A stretch of DNA of 63,844 nt, filler included, from Octopus bimaculoides (GCF_001194135.2; 7 parts of 7 records of this genome joined end to end with filler, not necessarily neighbours in it); one strand, 5' to 3'; positions 12,326 to 24,625 are shown, counted from the whole stretch's first letter. A program made the numbers and translations. Notes: generated by a model not told the origin, from the sequence alone.

Positions 12326-13025
12326 GTGTGGATTAAGTCTTCGATGGTAAATCCCTTCTGTTGGCACCACTTAAGAAACAACGAAATTTTGGAAGGGAAT
12401 TTGCAGTAAGAAGCAGCGTATCAACTTATTCTTCGAGAATAAGTTGATTCGAGAGATCTCTATTATCCTAGAAATAGCAACTGAATCCCCCTCAAATCCA
12501 CAACCTTATAGAACTCAAAATGTTCACGTTAGATAATGTGCTCCTGGAATCCTTGCACAAAGAGGAAACTGACAGGATGGTCACGACTGGAATATACCAT
12601 GACTATTTAGCCTGTTCATAATTTCATCATTCGTCTGCTCAAGCCTGAAGTTATAGAACAAGAACACGAACAACAACAAACACTGTAACCTCCCCTCCGC
12701 CACACACACACACCGCATTATAAATACTCAAGAGCGTCAGAATCTAGTCTGTACCTGAATCTAATATCAAATAAGGGATATTGATTGTTTTTATTTAGCA
12801 ACAATAGAATAACTTTGTTTAAGCTGTTGTAGCTGTGCACTTTGAAAAGACATACAGACATGTAGTTACACGAAAGTTTTTTATCGAACACCATAACATT
12901 TCCATCATCAAATTCAATCTTTCCTTTTGTTTCCGTTCGTGTATGTGTGGTGTGTGCATATTCACTTTTCTCACTACAATGATGATGATAAAAAACAACA
13001 AAAACAACAACAACAATAATAATAA

Positions 13026-13230
13026 GTGCTGGAACGCAACAGACCGGACTTTGTGGTGGTGGACAAAGTGCACCACATATGCTATGTCGTTGACGTTGCA
13101 TGCCCCTTTAACCCACAAATAGTCAAGAAGGAAGGTGAAAAGATAGACACAACCCTCTTAAGTACGAAGTAGCCTGACTATGGAAAATGAAGAAGGTGAA
13201 GATAGTGCCAATTATTATTGGGTCCTTGGC
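13026..13230 (+). mobile_element. R4/Dong-like non-LTR fragment (restriction-like endonuclease)
   Basis: RPDFVVVDK...VVDVACPF...EKID...LWKMKKVKIVPIIIGSLG (PD-D/ExK RLE motif), directly after an (AAC/AAT)n tract. Confidence 0.8.
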
Positions 13231-13904
13231 CTACAGAATAGACAACACATTAAAAGTGCAGAATTTGTGGATAAAATGGTGAAATCGTATAGCATATTAC
13301 CAGACAATGTACTCCACTAGCCCAGAAAGAATATAAGAGACGTCATGACAATACAGCAAGGATTGTCCATTGGACACTTTGCAACAAGTATGGACTTGAC
13401 AGAGCAAAAAAGTGGTACGAACATAAACGCGAAGGCATCATCGAAAATGATAATGTAATGATCTTATGGGATTTTATGGTTCAGTGCGACCATGAGATAG
13501 AGAATAGGAAACCGGACATAGTCTTAATTGAGAAAGAAAGCAAACTATGTTGGATCATAGATATAGCATGCCCAGCTGACAACAAGGTGTACGATAAGGA
13601 AAAAGGAGAAGTCGATAGATATGACAGGTTAGCTTGGGAGGTTAAGCAGTTGTGGTCGATGAAAAAGGTGGTAGTAGTACAAATAATTGTCGAAGCTCTG
13701 GGAACAGTGAGTAAAAATCTCGAGAAGTACATGGAACAAATAGGGGCTTCAATAAGGGTGGAGCACTTGCAGAAAACAGCACTTCTTGGAACCGCTCGAA
13801 TACTCCGGAAGGTGCTCGAAAAATAAGGGATGTTACCTTAGTTCACTGGTAGTGAACAGCTGACACCGTAGTACATCTCCAGCGTCAGAAGCTGTGCAAG
13901 GATA

Positions 13905-13960
<56 letters not shown>

Positions 13961-13995
13961 TGATGATAATGATGATGATGATGATAATAATAATA
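13231..13995 (+). mobile_element. R4/Dong-like non-LTR 3' end with (AAT)n tail
   Basis: CRICG...H...C zinc knuckle, RHDN, KPDIVLIEK...IDIACP, ending LQKTALLGTARILRKVLEK*; then 3' UTR and (AAT)n/(GAT)n at 13906-13995. Confidence 0.9.
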
Positions 13996-14169
13996 TTTTA
14001 AAAGGATTGACGTAACTCTTCACAAAGGTAAACAGTCAAGACGAAGAGCGCGATGTGATTGCAATTGATATTTTAATGGTTGAACAATATTTCGACAGCT
14101 TACCTGTCTTTGTCAAGTTCAAAATAGGAAGTGATAAAAATTCAAAATCATAAAAATTTAAATTGAAAG

Positions 14170-14672
14170 TATGAACGAGAGCAAACTCTGGGACGTTGAC
14201 TTGCAAACAAATAACGTGGTCCTTGGTGCCCCTGGGTTCTTTTCGGCATCCAGGTTAATAGATCAGACATAATTATTAAAAACATTTGACAAACTAAGTA
14301 AATATAAGGATCTGGAAATTGAAATACAACAGATGTGGCATGTTAAAGCGAGAACTGTTCCTGTTATTGTAGGTACTCTAGGTATGATAAAAAAGGGAGG
14401 TCAGAAGCATCTTCATAAGATCCCAGGAGAACCATGTCTCAGAGAAATCGAAAAGTTCGTGCTAACAGATACTGCCTCCATCCTTAGAAAAAGCTTATCA
14501 ATTTAAATGTATGTGTTGTATTACATGAAGATATTTCGCTACTGCCCCTGCCACTTCCCTTCCCCAAGCATTCAGTCATACTGTAACATGTCTTATCCTT
14601 CACTCGCCCTAGGACGCTGGGTGTATCTCGGCAAGTGATTGCAACATGCAGATTAAAAGTAGAAAAAATAAT
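14170..14672 (+). mobile_element. R4/Dong-like non-LTR 3' end (second subfamily)
   Basis: KLSKYKDLEIEIQQMW...VPVIVGTLG...TASILRKSLSI*, then 3' UTR ending aaataat. Confidence 0.8.
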
Positions 14673-14673
14673 G

Positions 14674-14885
14674 GTTTCAAATTTTTCCGCAAGGGCAGTA
14701 TTTTGGGGGAAGGGTGAGTCGATTATACCGACCCCAGTGTTTAACAGGTACTTATTTTATCGACCTCGAAAGGATGAAAGGCAAAGTCGACCTCGATGGA
14801 ATTTGAACTTGGAACGTAGCGACGGGCGAAATACTGCTAAGCATTTCGTCCAGCGCGCTAATGATTCTGCCAGCTTACCGCTTTA
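14674..14885 (-). mobile_element. SINE family A
   Basis: gaaaggatgaaaggcaaagtcgacctcg...ctgccagcttaccgc; abuts (AAT)n at 14885-14970. Confidence 0.85.
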
Positions 14886-14899
14886 ATAATAATAATAAC

Positions 14900-14971
<72 letters not shown>

Positions 14972-14972
<1 letters not shown>

Positions 14973-16790
14973 TGATACCAGGTGCATAATGAAACTGCCA
15001 AGATAAAAAAAAAAACGCACGAACAGTGTGTTAAGCAAAGAGAACAGTATAGTGATTCAATGCTACTTTGAAAGTGAAGCCGAAGTAAGGGGTTACAGAA
15101 AATGCATGTTAGCAGTTTGAGAAAGAGAAAAGAAAGATGTTCGCAGTAATAGAACAGAGACTAGTGGACCAAGCGAATGCTATTAGGAGGAAACGTGGAT
15201 GACACAGTTGGAGGTAGAAGAGATAACAAGAGAAATAAAGAAGAGAAGTGAAATAGAAGAGCCAAACAACATAAGTGATACAGTACAAAGAAGAGCCTTC
15301 AAGAAAAAAATGATATCACCACCGACCAGGAAGAAAAAACTGACACCAGAGAATTAAGTGAAGAAGATCAGAAGATTTTAGATGACTTGAAGGAAGCTAT
15401 GAGTAAAGAAGAACGAAAAAAGATTACGAGCATTAAAAGATGTTAATAGAAAGAAGTTGCCAGATATTACTAGGATAGCAGATTGTTATCAGTAGGACAA
15501 ATAGTAAAAAGATAGGTGACCCTAACTTATTGATCTGTGCAGGAGGGATAATAGTTCTGCTAGTAGCAAAATAGATATTCTTCAAGAAATGAATAGGAAG
15601 GAGCAAATGTGGAAAAGGGGATTAGAGAATAAAGTGAAGACTTTAAGATACCATCTAAGTAGAATAGAAGTCGGGAAACTGAACAGGTTAGGAAACACAA
15701 GAATAAAATTTTTTCTTGAGAAAAATACTTAGTCAAAGAAAAAGGATTTGGGATTGTCATGGAAGGCTGGAACAGCGTATCATAGCAATAGCAGGTAAGT
15801 TTTTCAGATATCAGAAAAGAATAGACCAGTATCAACAGAACAAATTGTATGAGACAGACCAAAACTTTTTATCGCTGAATAATTAGTGTAGAAGATGAGA
15901 AGCCTAATGTAGTGGAAGTTAGAATGATATTTAGGATAAGCCAGTTAATCATAATGGAGATGCAGTATACTTAAAGAGAGAGAAGATGTAGTTAGTGAGA
16001 AACAGCCAGATGTAAAACTAACTAGAGTATTAATGAGTTAAGTGTGAGGAAAAATGCCGAATTTGAAGGGCCCGGGGCCAGATTTAGTTCAAGAGTACTG
16101 GTTAAAGAAATTTAGTAGCTTACATGGGAGGCAGAGGGAACAACTTCAGGATTGCCTGAATGGAGAAGTAATACCAGATTGGAAGACTAGAGGGAGAACA
16201 GTACACCTTATGAAAGACAAAAACAAGGGTAATACAGCTAGTAATTATAGACCAATCATTTGCTTACCATTAGTGTGGAAGCTTTTGACAGAAATGCTCT
16301 CAGAAAGCATTTATGACAGCCAAAATTCATTATCAGAAGAACAGAAAGGCCACAGGAAGAAGACTATAGGAACACATAATCTATTATGCATAGAGAAAGT
16401 AGTCTTGAAAGAAGTGAAATCTAGAAAGAAAAATTTAAGAACAACATGGATAGATTATAAGAGAGCCTACGACATGATTCTACACTCATGGATAAGTGAA
16501 TGCTTGAGAATGTTCAGTATTGCAGACAACATAAAAGCCATAGCATAAAGAAATGGAAAGTAGATCTTTACTCAGGTGATACGGCCTTAGGGAAAGTTAA
16601 TATCAAAAGAGGAATTTTCCTAGGAGACTTGTCATCCGCTTTAATGTTTGTGTTATGCTTAATCCCCCTCAGTTTAGTATTAAGGAAGACAAATACAGGG
16701 TATTAGTTTAGAGACAGTAAGGGAAGAATTAACCATTTGCTCTATATGGATGATCTGAAGCTTTTTAGTAAGAATAAGAAAGAGATTTGG
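14972..16790 (+). mobile_element. R4/Dong-like non-LTR element, 5' region and RT, degraded and 3' truncated
   Basis: N-terminal relic (EQRLVDQANAIRRK); RT motifs KGPGPD, NYRPIICL, WIDYKRAYD, RGIFLGDLS, NHLLYMDDLKLF. Confidence 0.85.
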
Positions 16791-16879
16791 AAAAGAAAGA
16801 GTAAAGGGACGAGAAAGAATTCCAAATCATCATTTCTCTTTATCATATATGTGTGTATGTGTATGTGAGTATGTGTGTA

Positions 16880-17112
16880 TGTGTGTGTGTATTTGTGTCT
16901 GTATTTGTCCTTCACTTACGCTTGACAACTGGTGTTGGTGTATTTACATCCCTGTTGATCTAGCGGTTCGGCAAATAAAACGATAAGTACCAGGCTTAAA
17001 ACAAAAAGGAGTGGAGGCGATTCTTTCGACTAAAAATTCTTCAAGGCGGTGCCCCAGAATGGCCGCAGTCTAATGACTGAAATAAGTAAAAGATAAGAGA
17101 GAAAAGATAAAA
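16880..17112 (+). mobile_element. SINE family C, 3' half
   Basis: cttgacaactggtgttggtg...gataagtaccaggc...atggccgcagtctaatgactgaaa. Confidence 0.75.
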
Positions 17113-17512
17113 GAAGTGTAAAATGAAATCCCAGCTACGATGTAAGGAATTGATATTCTATTTTCTTTTTGATCACTACGAGATCTGTCGTCTGCACTTT
17201 CCATTTATTCGCAAGATGTAATGTGTCGTCTGCTCAGCTTATCACTCACTGTAACCACCTCCCCACTACCCTTTCTCCCTGTCTCTCATTTGTTTCGTAC
17301 TTGACCGTTTCTGTCGTAAATAGAATGCAATTTAGTAGGTGACTAGCGACACGCCAATTAAATTTATAAATAGGAATAATGATAGATGAGAGATAGGCAA
17401 GTATATAGCAAGCAAAGATTAACTGTAGGATAAAAATAAGAGATAAATGGATAAATAAAAGAAGTGAGGCAGAGGTGAAGATAGTGAGAGAAAATAATTT
17501 TGTGAATATATT

Positions 17513-17727
17513 CTTTTCTACTCTAGGCACAAAATCCGAAATTTATAGAGAAGGGTCAGTCGATTAGATCGACACCAGTCTGCAGCTGGTACTTAATTTA
17601 TCGATCTCGAAAGATAAAAGGCTAAGTCGACCTTCGGCGGAATTTGAACTCAGAACGCAAAGACAGGAGAAATACCGCCAATCAATTCAGCCGGCGTGCT
17701 AACTATTCTGCCAACTCGCCGCTTTTA
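17513..17727 (-). mobile_element. SINE family A
   Basis: ctctaggcacaa...ggtacttaatttatcga...gaatttgaactcag. Confidence 0.85.
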
Positions 17728-17774
17728 AGTTTGTGAATATATTGATAGGTTACGGTTAGGGTTAGATATATATG

Positions 17775-17828
<54 letters not shown>

Positions 17829-17856
17829 CACACACATATATACATACATACATACA

Positions 17857-17892
<36 letters not shown>

Positions 17893-18216
17893 CACACGCT
17901 CACATATATCTGACATATATCTTAAACCATTTATGTGTATGTGTGTGTGTGTGTGTGNNNNNNNNNNNNNNNNNNNNNNNNNNNNNNNNNNNNNNNNNNN
18001 NNNNNNNNNNNNNNNNNNNNNNNNNNNNNNNNNNNNNNNNNNNNNNNNNNNNNNNNNNNNNNNNNNNNNNNNNNNNNNNNNNNNNNNNNNNNNNNNNNNN
18101 NNNNCGTTTGTTTCTCCACTTCTGTCTCCTTTCAGACTTTTTATATTTTACATCTCCCATTTCGAGCAGTAAGTAACTCTCTGTTCCTTTCATCTCTGTT
18201 TTAACTCATTAGGATT

Positions 18217-21075
18217 ATGCTCAAGATTGGTTGTGTGAATGCGCGTGGCTTGGGGTCCCCTTGGAAACAGTTGAAAGCTTCTGAGCAGGTCATTGAGGCA
18301 TTTGCAACCCTTCCTATTACTATTTCTGCCCACGTAGTCTAGATGCGTGTCCAAGGTAGCATTCCAAGGTAGCATTCCAATCCCCCACTAAAAGTAAAGG
18401 ACGAGACGTTCCTAGGAATACTTCTAGACGTCGAAAGAAATCCGGCCGACCTGTTAAAAGCGGTGGGTAGACTGATATGAGTCGAAAAGCACATCCGTTG
18501 TTGCCGTCGACATCCAGGACAACCAGTCTACCCTCTGGGTGTACGAATATTGTCTTTACTTCGAGATCCAGACTCTTGTGAAAAAGTACCGCCGTGCCAC
18601 TACCGTCCATTCTCGACAGACAGGGAGAAATATAATTGTTAAACTGTCCGTTAAACATGGACTTTAGGGTCCGTGGATTATGGAGTTTGGTCTCACTTAT
18701 GGTTATGATTTCTACTTTGTGTAACTTTATGTCATTTAAGAATGCTCGAGGGAACAATCGCCGGGTTTGGATGGTCTACCATACGAGCTTTACAGTTGTA
18801 TGCCAGACTTGTTTGGAGACGTCTTGGCAGCAGTGTACTGCAACTGGCAGCAAAACGGGATCATCCCCGGTTTTGTGAGCCGAAGAGACGTAACACTGCA
18901 CTGCTGAGGAAAGATCCAAACAAGGGGGACGTTATAGATAACTTTAGGGCCATCACTCTGCTCAATGCAGACTTGAAAATTTTGGCCAAGGTGTTAGCCA
19001 TGAGGTTGGCGCTTGTCATCGATAAACTGGTCAACAAGGCGCAAACGTGCGCCGTACCGGGCCGGAGCATCCATGACAATCTCCATCTGATGCGCTACAT
19101 CATAGACGGGGTAGTTAATGAACCTGGCATGGGTGGGGCCCTGATCAATTTGGATCAATCTAAATCTTTCGATAGGGTAGACCATCGATACTTGGAGGCT
19201 GTCCTCATAGCAGCTGGCTTCGGTCCCATCTTCCGCGGCTGGATAACCGCCTGATACAGAGGCATCTATTCGGTAATTCGCGTGAATGGACATCTATCGA
19301 GACCTTTCGACATTGCACGTTCGGTCCGTCAGAGATGCCCCCTCACATCGCTTCTGTACGCATTGACTCTCGAGCCACTACTACGGAAGTTGGCGACGCT
19401 GAAGGTCATCCCGCTTGAACTGGGATTCGGGACGAGCGTGTCCGCATACGCGGACGACNNNNNNNNNNNNNNNNNNNNNNNNNNNNNNNNNNNNNNNNNN
19501 NNNNNNNNNNNNNNNNNNNNNNNNNNNNNNNNNNNNNNNNNNNNNNNNNNNNNNNNNNNNNNNNNNNNNNNNNNNNNNNNNNNNNNNNNNNNNNNNNNNN
19601 NNNNNNNNNNNNNNNNNNNNNNNNNNNNNNNNNNNNNNNNNNNNNNNNNNNNNNNNNNNNNNNNNNNNNNNNNNNNNNNNNNNNNNNNNNNNNNNNNNNN
19701 NNNNNNNNNNNNNNNNNNNNNNNNNNNNNNNNNNNNNNNNNNNNNNNNNNNNNNNNNNNNNNNNNNNNNNNNNNNNNNNNNNNNNNNNNNNNNNNNNNNN
19801 NNNNNNNNNNNNNNNNNNNNNNNNNNNNNNNNNNNNNNNNNNNNNNNNNNNNNNNNNNNNNNNNNNNNNNNNNNNNNNNNNNNNNNNNNNNNNNNNNNNN
19901 NNNNNNNNNNNNNNNNNNNNNNNNNNNNNNNNNNNNNNNNNNNNNNNNNNNNNNNNNNNNNNNNNNNNNNNNNNNNNNNNNNNNNNNNNNNNNNNNNNNN
20001 NNNNNNNNNNNNNNNNNNNNNNNNNTCCCGCAGCCCGTATCCATGACCGAACTGCAGTCATGGATCAAAAAGAGGCTGAGGAAGGGTGAATGGTACCGCG
20101 AATGTCGCGTTGCTCTCGAGGAACTATGCCGTCTCGGGTCGACCTTGAGCGACTGCATCACAACCAAAGCATTCTATAGGGGATTAGTGGCGGAGAAGTA
20201 CGACGACGATCTCGGGGTGAACCTGGGCGTCGACGAGGAATACATGACCCGCCTGTTCAAGACGACTTTCGGGCCGGGACCTGTGGACAACTTCCAGAAA
20301 TCCCTGGCCTGGCAGTGCTATTGAGAAGCGCTACCTGTTCGGGATAAGCTCTACAGGCATGGATCCAGAAACACGGGGCCGACCTGCCTGAGATGCGGTC
20401 AGAGCGACGAAACCGTTCTGTACGCATTCGTGTAGTGTCCAACCATTTCCGACCTGTGGGCCTATGTCGAACGACTGCTATCGTGTGTTGGACGATTCAG
20501 TTTATTAACCGAGTCTATCGTGAATATTGTCACACCTCCTTCCTTCAAACGGGAAGGAAGAGCCATTTTCATCGTACTTGTGGTTATGGCGAAAGAAGGT
20601 ATCTGGTGGACGCGTCTAAAAGGCCTAGAGACAAACACTTTCCTCTCTGGTGAAACTTTCATCAACTTCTTCACTTGAAGAGGAGGGTGAGAGTAGAGAG
20701 GGAAGTTTCGTCTAGTGAATGTTTCAAAAGAAGATGGGTGAATGTAGCAAGGATGGCACGTGTGAATGACGGAGCCACCTTGAGCATAATCCTATGAACC
20801 AGAAAAAGAAAGGAAAAATGAAAGTCACTTACTGTAATGTGTTTTTTGCATGGCACTATTGCCCGAGGTTACCGTGGTCTTTTCCGTAGACTTTTCTTTC
20901 CACGGATGAACCTAATCTGTTTCCCCTTTTACATTATGACATTTCTGTGATACACGATCCCTATTGATCGGCTTCTTTTTTCTTTTTTTCCCTTCTTTCC
21001 ACGATCCCTTTTGATCGAATTTCCACGCCTCTTTTTTTTCTCTTCCCCCAAAGAAAAGCTCTACTTTGTATTTTG
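18217..21075 (+). mobile_element. Tx1/L1-clade LINE ORF2 relic with an internally inverted endonuclease block and an N-gap
   Basis: MLKIGCVNARGL (EN start, +); EN body on the minus strand (SETK, GDWNATL); RT on + (SPGLDG, NFRAITLLNADLKILAK, DQSKSFDRVDH, RQRCPL, AYADD); C-terminal CGQSDET..C zinc motif. Confidence 0.88.
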
Positions 21076-21175
21076 NNNNNNNNNNNNNNNNNNNNNNNNN
21101 NNNNNNNNNNNNNNNNNNNTTAATTAATTAANNNNNNNNNNNNNNNNNNNNNNNNNNNNNNNNNNNNNNNNNNNN
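21076..21175. other. Assembly join: 100-bp gap containing a synthetic TTAATTAATTAA six-frame-stop linker (also at 47878, 55966, 57449, 59034, 61745)
   Basis: The identical palindromic 12-mer sits between ~44 Ns on each side six times. Confidence 0.95.
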
Positions 21176-21212
21176 GGTAGACGGAAACTGAAAGAAGCCC
21201 GTCGCATATATG

Positions 21213-21243
<31 letters not shown>

Positions 21244-21450
21244 TTGTGTGTCTGTGTATGTTCCCCCATCATCGCTTGACAACCGATGCTGGTGTGTTTA
21301 CGTCCCCGTAACTTAGCGGTTCGACAAAAAGAGACCGATAGAATAAGTACTAGGCTTACAAAGAATAAGTCCTGGGGTCGATTAGCTCGACTAAAAGGTG
21401 GTGCTCCAGCATGGCCACAGTCAAATGACTGAAACAAGTAAAAGAGTATA
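21176..21450 (+). mobile_element. SINE family C with internal (TA)/(TG) tract
   Basis: ggtagacggaaactgaaagaagcccgtc...cttgacaaccgatgctggtgtg. Confidence 0.85.
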
Positions 21451-21776
21451 AGTATGTGTGCATATAATATATGCATTACAATTATACAAGCCACATAGCC
21501 CGCTGATCTCTCTTTATTTTATCCCTCAAAAACAGCAAACAATTATAAATATTATATTGATGAAACCTTGGCCTCAGTGCACTACACACCCATTTAGAGT
21601 ATACTTATTGTTTCGTCTTTTATACCAAACCTTATTTTTTCTATAGAGTTCCAAAGTATACCAGCGCACTGATCCGTTCAATGTACTCAACCATATTTGA
21701 TTCAGTCAGCAATTGGACTAATTACAGGGCATAGAGTTTTTAGCGAAAATATGTTTACATTAAAATTTTATGCATA

Positions 21777-22575
21777 TACGAGGGGGATCCCAAACGTAAT
21801 TGGACAGTTTCACTGTGGGACAAACTGTAGTTCATGTTCCTGTCTCTAGAAGCCACTTGATGCGACCCTCAGGCAACAGTCTGCCGACCGGTGCCCGCTT
21901 TCGAATTGCCACATGGTGAATCTTTGTTTTGCAGTGCTTCCTGTCCGTGAATTTTTGTGATAGCTCAAAAGAAAGAAAACCATGCTTCTGTTAAATTGTT
22001 TTCTGCCGAGGAAACCGGTGGTCAAAACACTTGCCATGTCTTAAACAGCTTACACGGACGCTGCCATAAGCACAACACGAGTCTACGTGTGGTTTTCAGG
22101 CTTTAGGAATGGTCACTTGTTACTTGAAAACCAACCTCGTTCAGGGCGATCGTCGACCTCCCGAACGAATGAAAACATCACGAAAATTCATGAAGTTATG
22201 TTGGCGGATCGTCGCCAAACAATTGACGAACTTGATGAAATGACTGAGAGTCCTAGAGCTTCTTCCAACGAATTTTGAACGAGGAATTTCGAATGAAAAG
22301 AGTTACAACAAAATTTGTTCCTTGCCTGTTCATGGAAGATCAAACGCAGTTACGACTGAATGCATGTGATGAACAAAATAAATGTTAGAAATTGATCTGG
22401 ACCTTCTTTCGAAGGTGATCACTGGTGACGAAAGCTGGTGCTACGAGTAGAACCCGGAAACGAAGTAGCAATCAGGTCAATGTAGGCATTCGATGTCACC
22501 ACGATCCCCCAAAACGCATCAAGTGAAGTCCAAGGTCAAGACGATGCTGATTTGTTTCATTGATGCGAAAGTAAT
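21777..22575 (+). mobile_element. Mariner transposon relic, 5' part
   Basis: TA-CGAGGGG terminus; PRSGRSSTSRT HTH region; ITGDESW first catalytic Asp; KSKVKTML. Confidence 0.85.
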
Positions 22576-23597
22576 TTTCAAGACCCTCTCTTCCCATTCT
22601 GAATTCCACTTCTCCCTTTAGCTTTGTTGATGCACGTGGAACCTCAACCGCTAATGTAGCACCCATGCCATTATGAATTCCTTGGGGGCTAAACCAATTT
22701 TGTGTAGGTACTTGACAATACCGCGAAGAGAAGTCACCACTAGTTACCTATGAAATCTATTTTTAATAACCATCATAATATCATAGTCAATCTATGCACG
22801 TTTAAGCCTACTATCGTATAATAAGAAACTTAAATATATTCAATACACAATTTTAAAAATCGCATAATTTATAACAAAAAAAAAACCCCGACAATGAATG
22901 TGTTTTATTTCTGTAACCAATATTCATAATTATTGCCAATATAATCTACTACTTCATTATTATCATTTGTATTTTTGATGGATTATTATTAAAGCAACAT
23001 ACTTTATTACACGAGTTTTAGCCACTCATTTCTTCAGATGCTCAGAAATAATAGCTCGATAAAAATCTTACTTTACGTTTCATGTACTTTTCAGTTCACA
23101 GCGCCACGTTCCTAGATAGTGAGATGTAAGCATTTTGGTGTGTATTTACACCATTTGTTAAGAGCGAGAAATTTTCTCAGTGACAAAGCACAGTGAATGG
23201 CATTCTTACGGGTTCGAATATGACCCAAGCATATTTGAACTAGTAATAACATTCTATATATACATATATATTATAGGGGCATAATATTCCGATACAGTTA
23301 GGACGTGTTCACGAGCTAACTTGCAAACTCTATAGTTTACAATAAATAATAACCTGAATTTAAGCTTTATCAGCCATATTATGGTTTGAGGGATAATACC
23401 GTCTTTCTGCATTTTTTTAACCTTTAAAATAATGCGGTATTTAGTAACTTCGTACTAAATCCATGAAAAGTTTTTTAAGTTTTTTGAATATCAACTGGTT
23501 AATTTCAAAGTACCCACACATTTCTATTCTACATATATGCGTCTATCAACTTTACTCAATAAGTAATCTGTTAATATTCATATATACTCATATATGC

Positions 23598-23635
<38 letters not shown>

Positions 23636-23645
<10 letters not shown>

Positions 23646-24544
23646 TAGGGTAAAAATCAGATATTAATTAATATCGATTTATTGCCAGGAAGCTAGCACA
23701 TTGAAAGAATCAGAGAGATTCAGAAAAAAAATCTGAGATCTTAGGGAATTAAAGTATATGTTTATATATAACGATGACTACTAAAGTGGACATTTAATGT
23801 GCTAGAAGAAGATCACATGTTGTGTCTACTAAGACCTAATACTTCTCAAAAGAAATTCAGTGAAATACCAAACCGCATGCGGGTAAGACAGTGAAAATTA
23901 CATACATAAAATTAAAACATTGTTATTCGTGGGCCGGTTTCGGAATTAAAATTCTCTTACCGAAAATATCTGTCCCTCTTCAGCACGAACTGCAAGGAAA
24001 TTATAATTCTCAGAATCTTATACAAGTTGTTCACCCCTAGAGCCGACCGTTTTTTTCTGAAACTCTCTGATTCTTTCAATGTGCTAGCTTCCTGGTAATA
24101 AATCGATATTAATTAATATCTGATTTTTGCCCTATGTTTTAATTTGATTAACCATAACCAAGTTCTCAAATTGGATATATGCTTTGCAGTAACCATCTTC
24201 TGCAAATATATTTCCGGAATTATCGCGCCAAAACGAAGATATTTGATTTTTACCATTACGTTGTAATTAGCAGAACTATATACACGTTCGTCTCTAGGGG
24301 TGAACAACTTGTATATGATTCTGAGAATTATAATTTCCTTGCAGTTCGTTCTGAAAAGGAACAGATATTCTCGGTAAGAGAATTTTAATTCCGAAACCGG
24401 TCCACGAATAACAATGTTTTAATTTTATGTATGTAATTTTCACTGTCTTGCCCGCATGCGGTTTGGTATTTCGCTGAATTAGTAGACACAGCATGTGATC
24501 TTCTAGCACATTAAATGTCCACTTTAGTGGTCATCGTTATATAT

Positions 24545-24548
<4 letters not shown>
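23636..24548. repeat. Unclassified ~500-bp repeat in tandem and inverted arrangement
   Basis: 23759-24042 is the reverse complement of about 24291-24548; 23636-23731 is the reverse complement of about 24050-24145; a collinear copy lies at 61838-62347. Confidence 0.85.

Positions 24549-24625
<77 letters not shown>

Noticed and set aside
21120-21131. Recurrent TTAATTAATTAA palindrome (six copies), which could look like a repeat-spacer array
   Set aside because: Always centred in a 100-bp N-gap, with stops in all six frames: a synthetic assembly linker, not biology.
23790-23840. CTAGAAGAAG...GAC(C)GAA in the unclassified repeat as a variant hammerhead
   Set aside because: The core has an insertion, GAAA is absent, and the motif is not conserved between the three copies.
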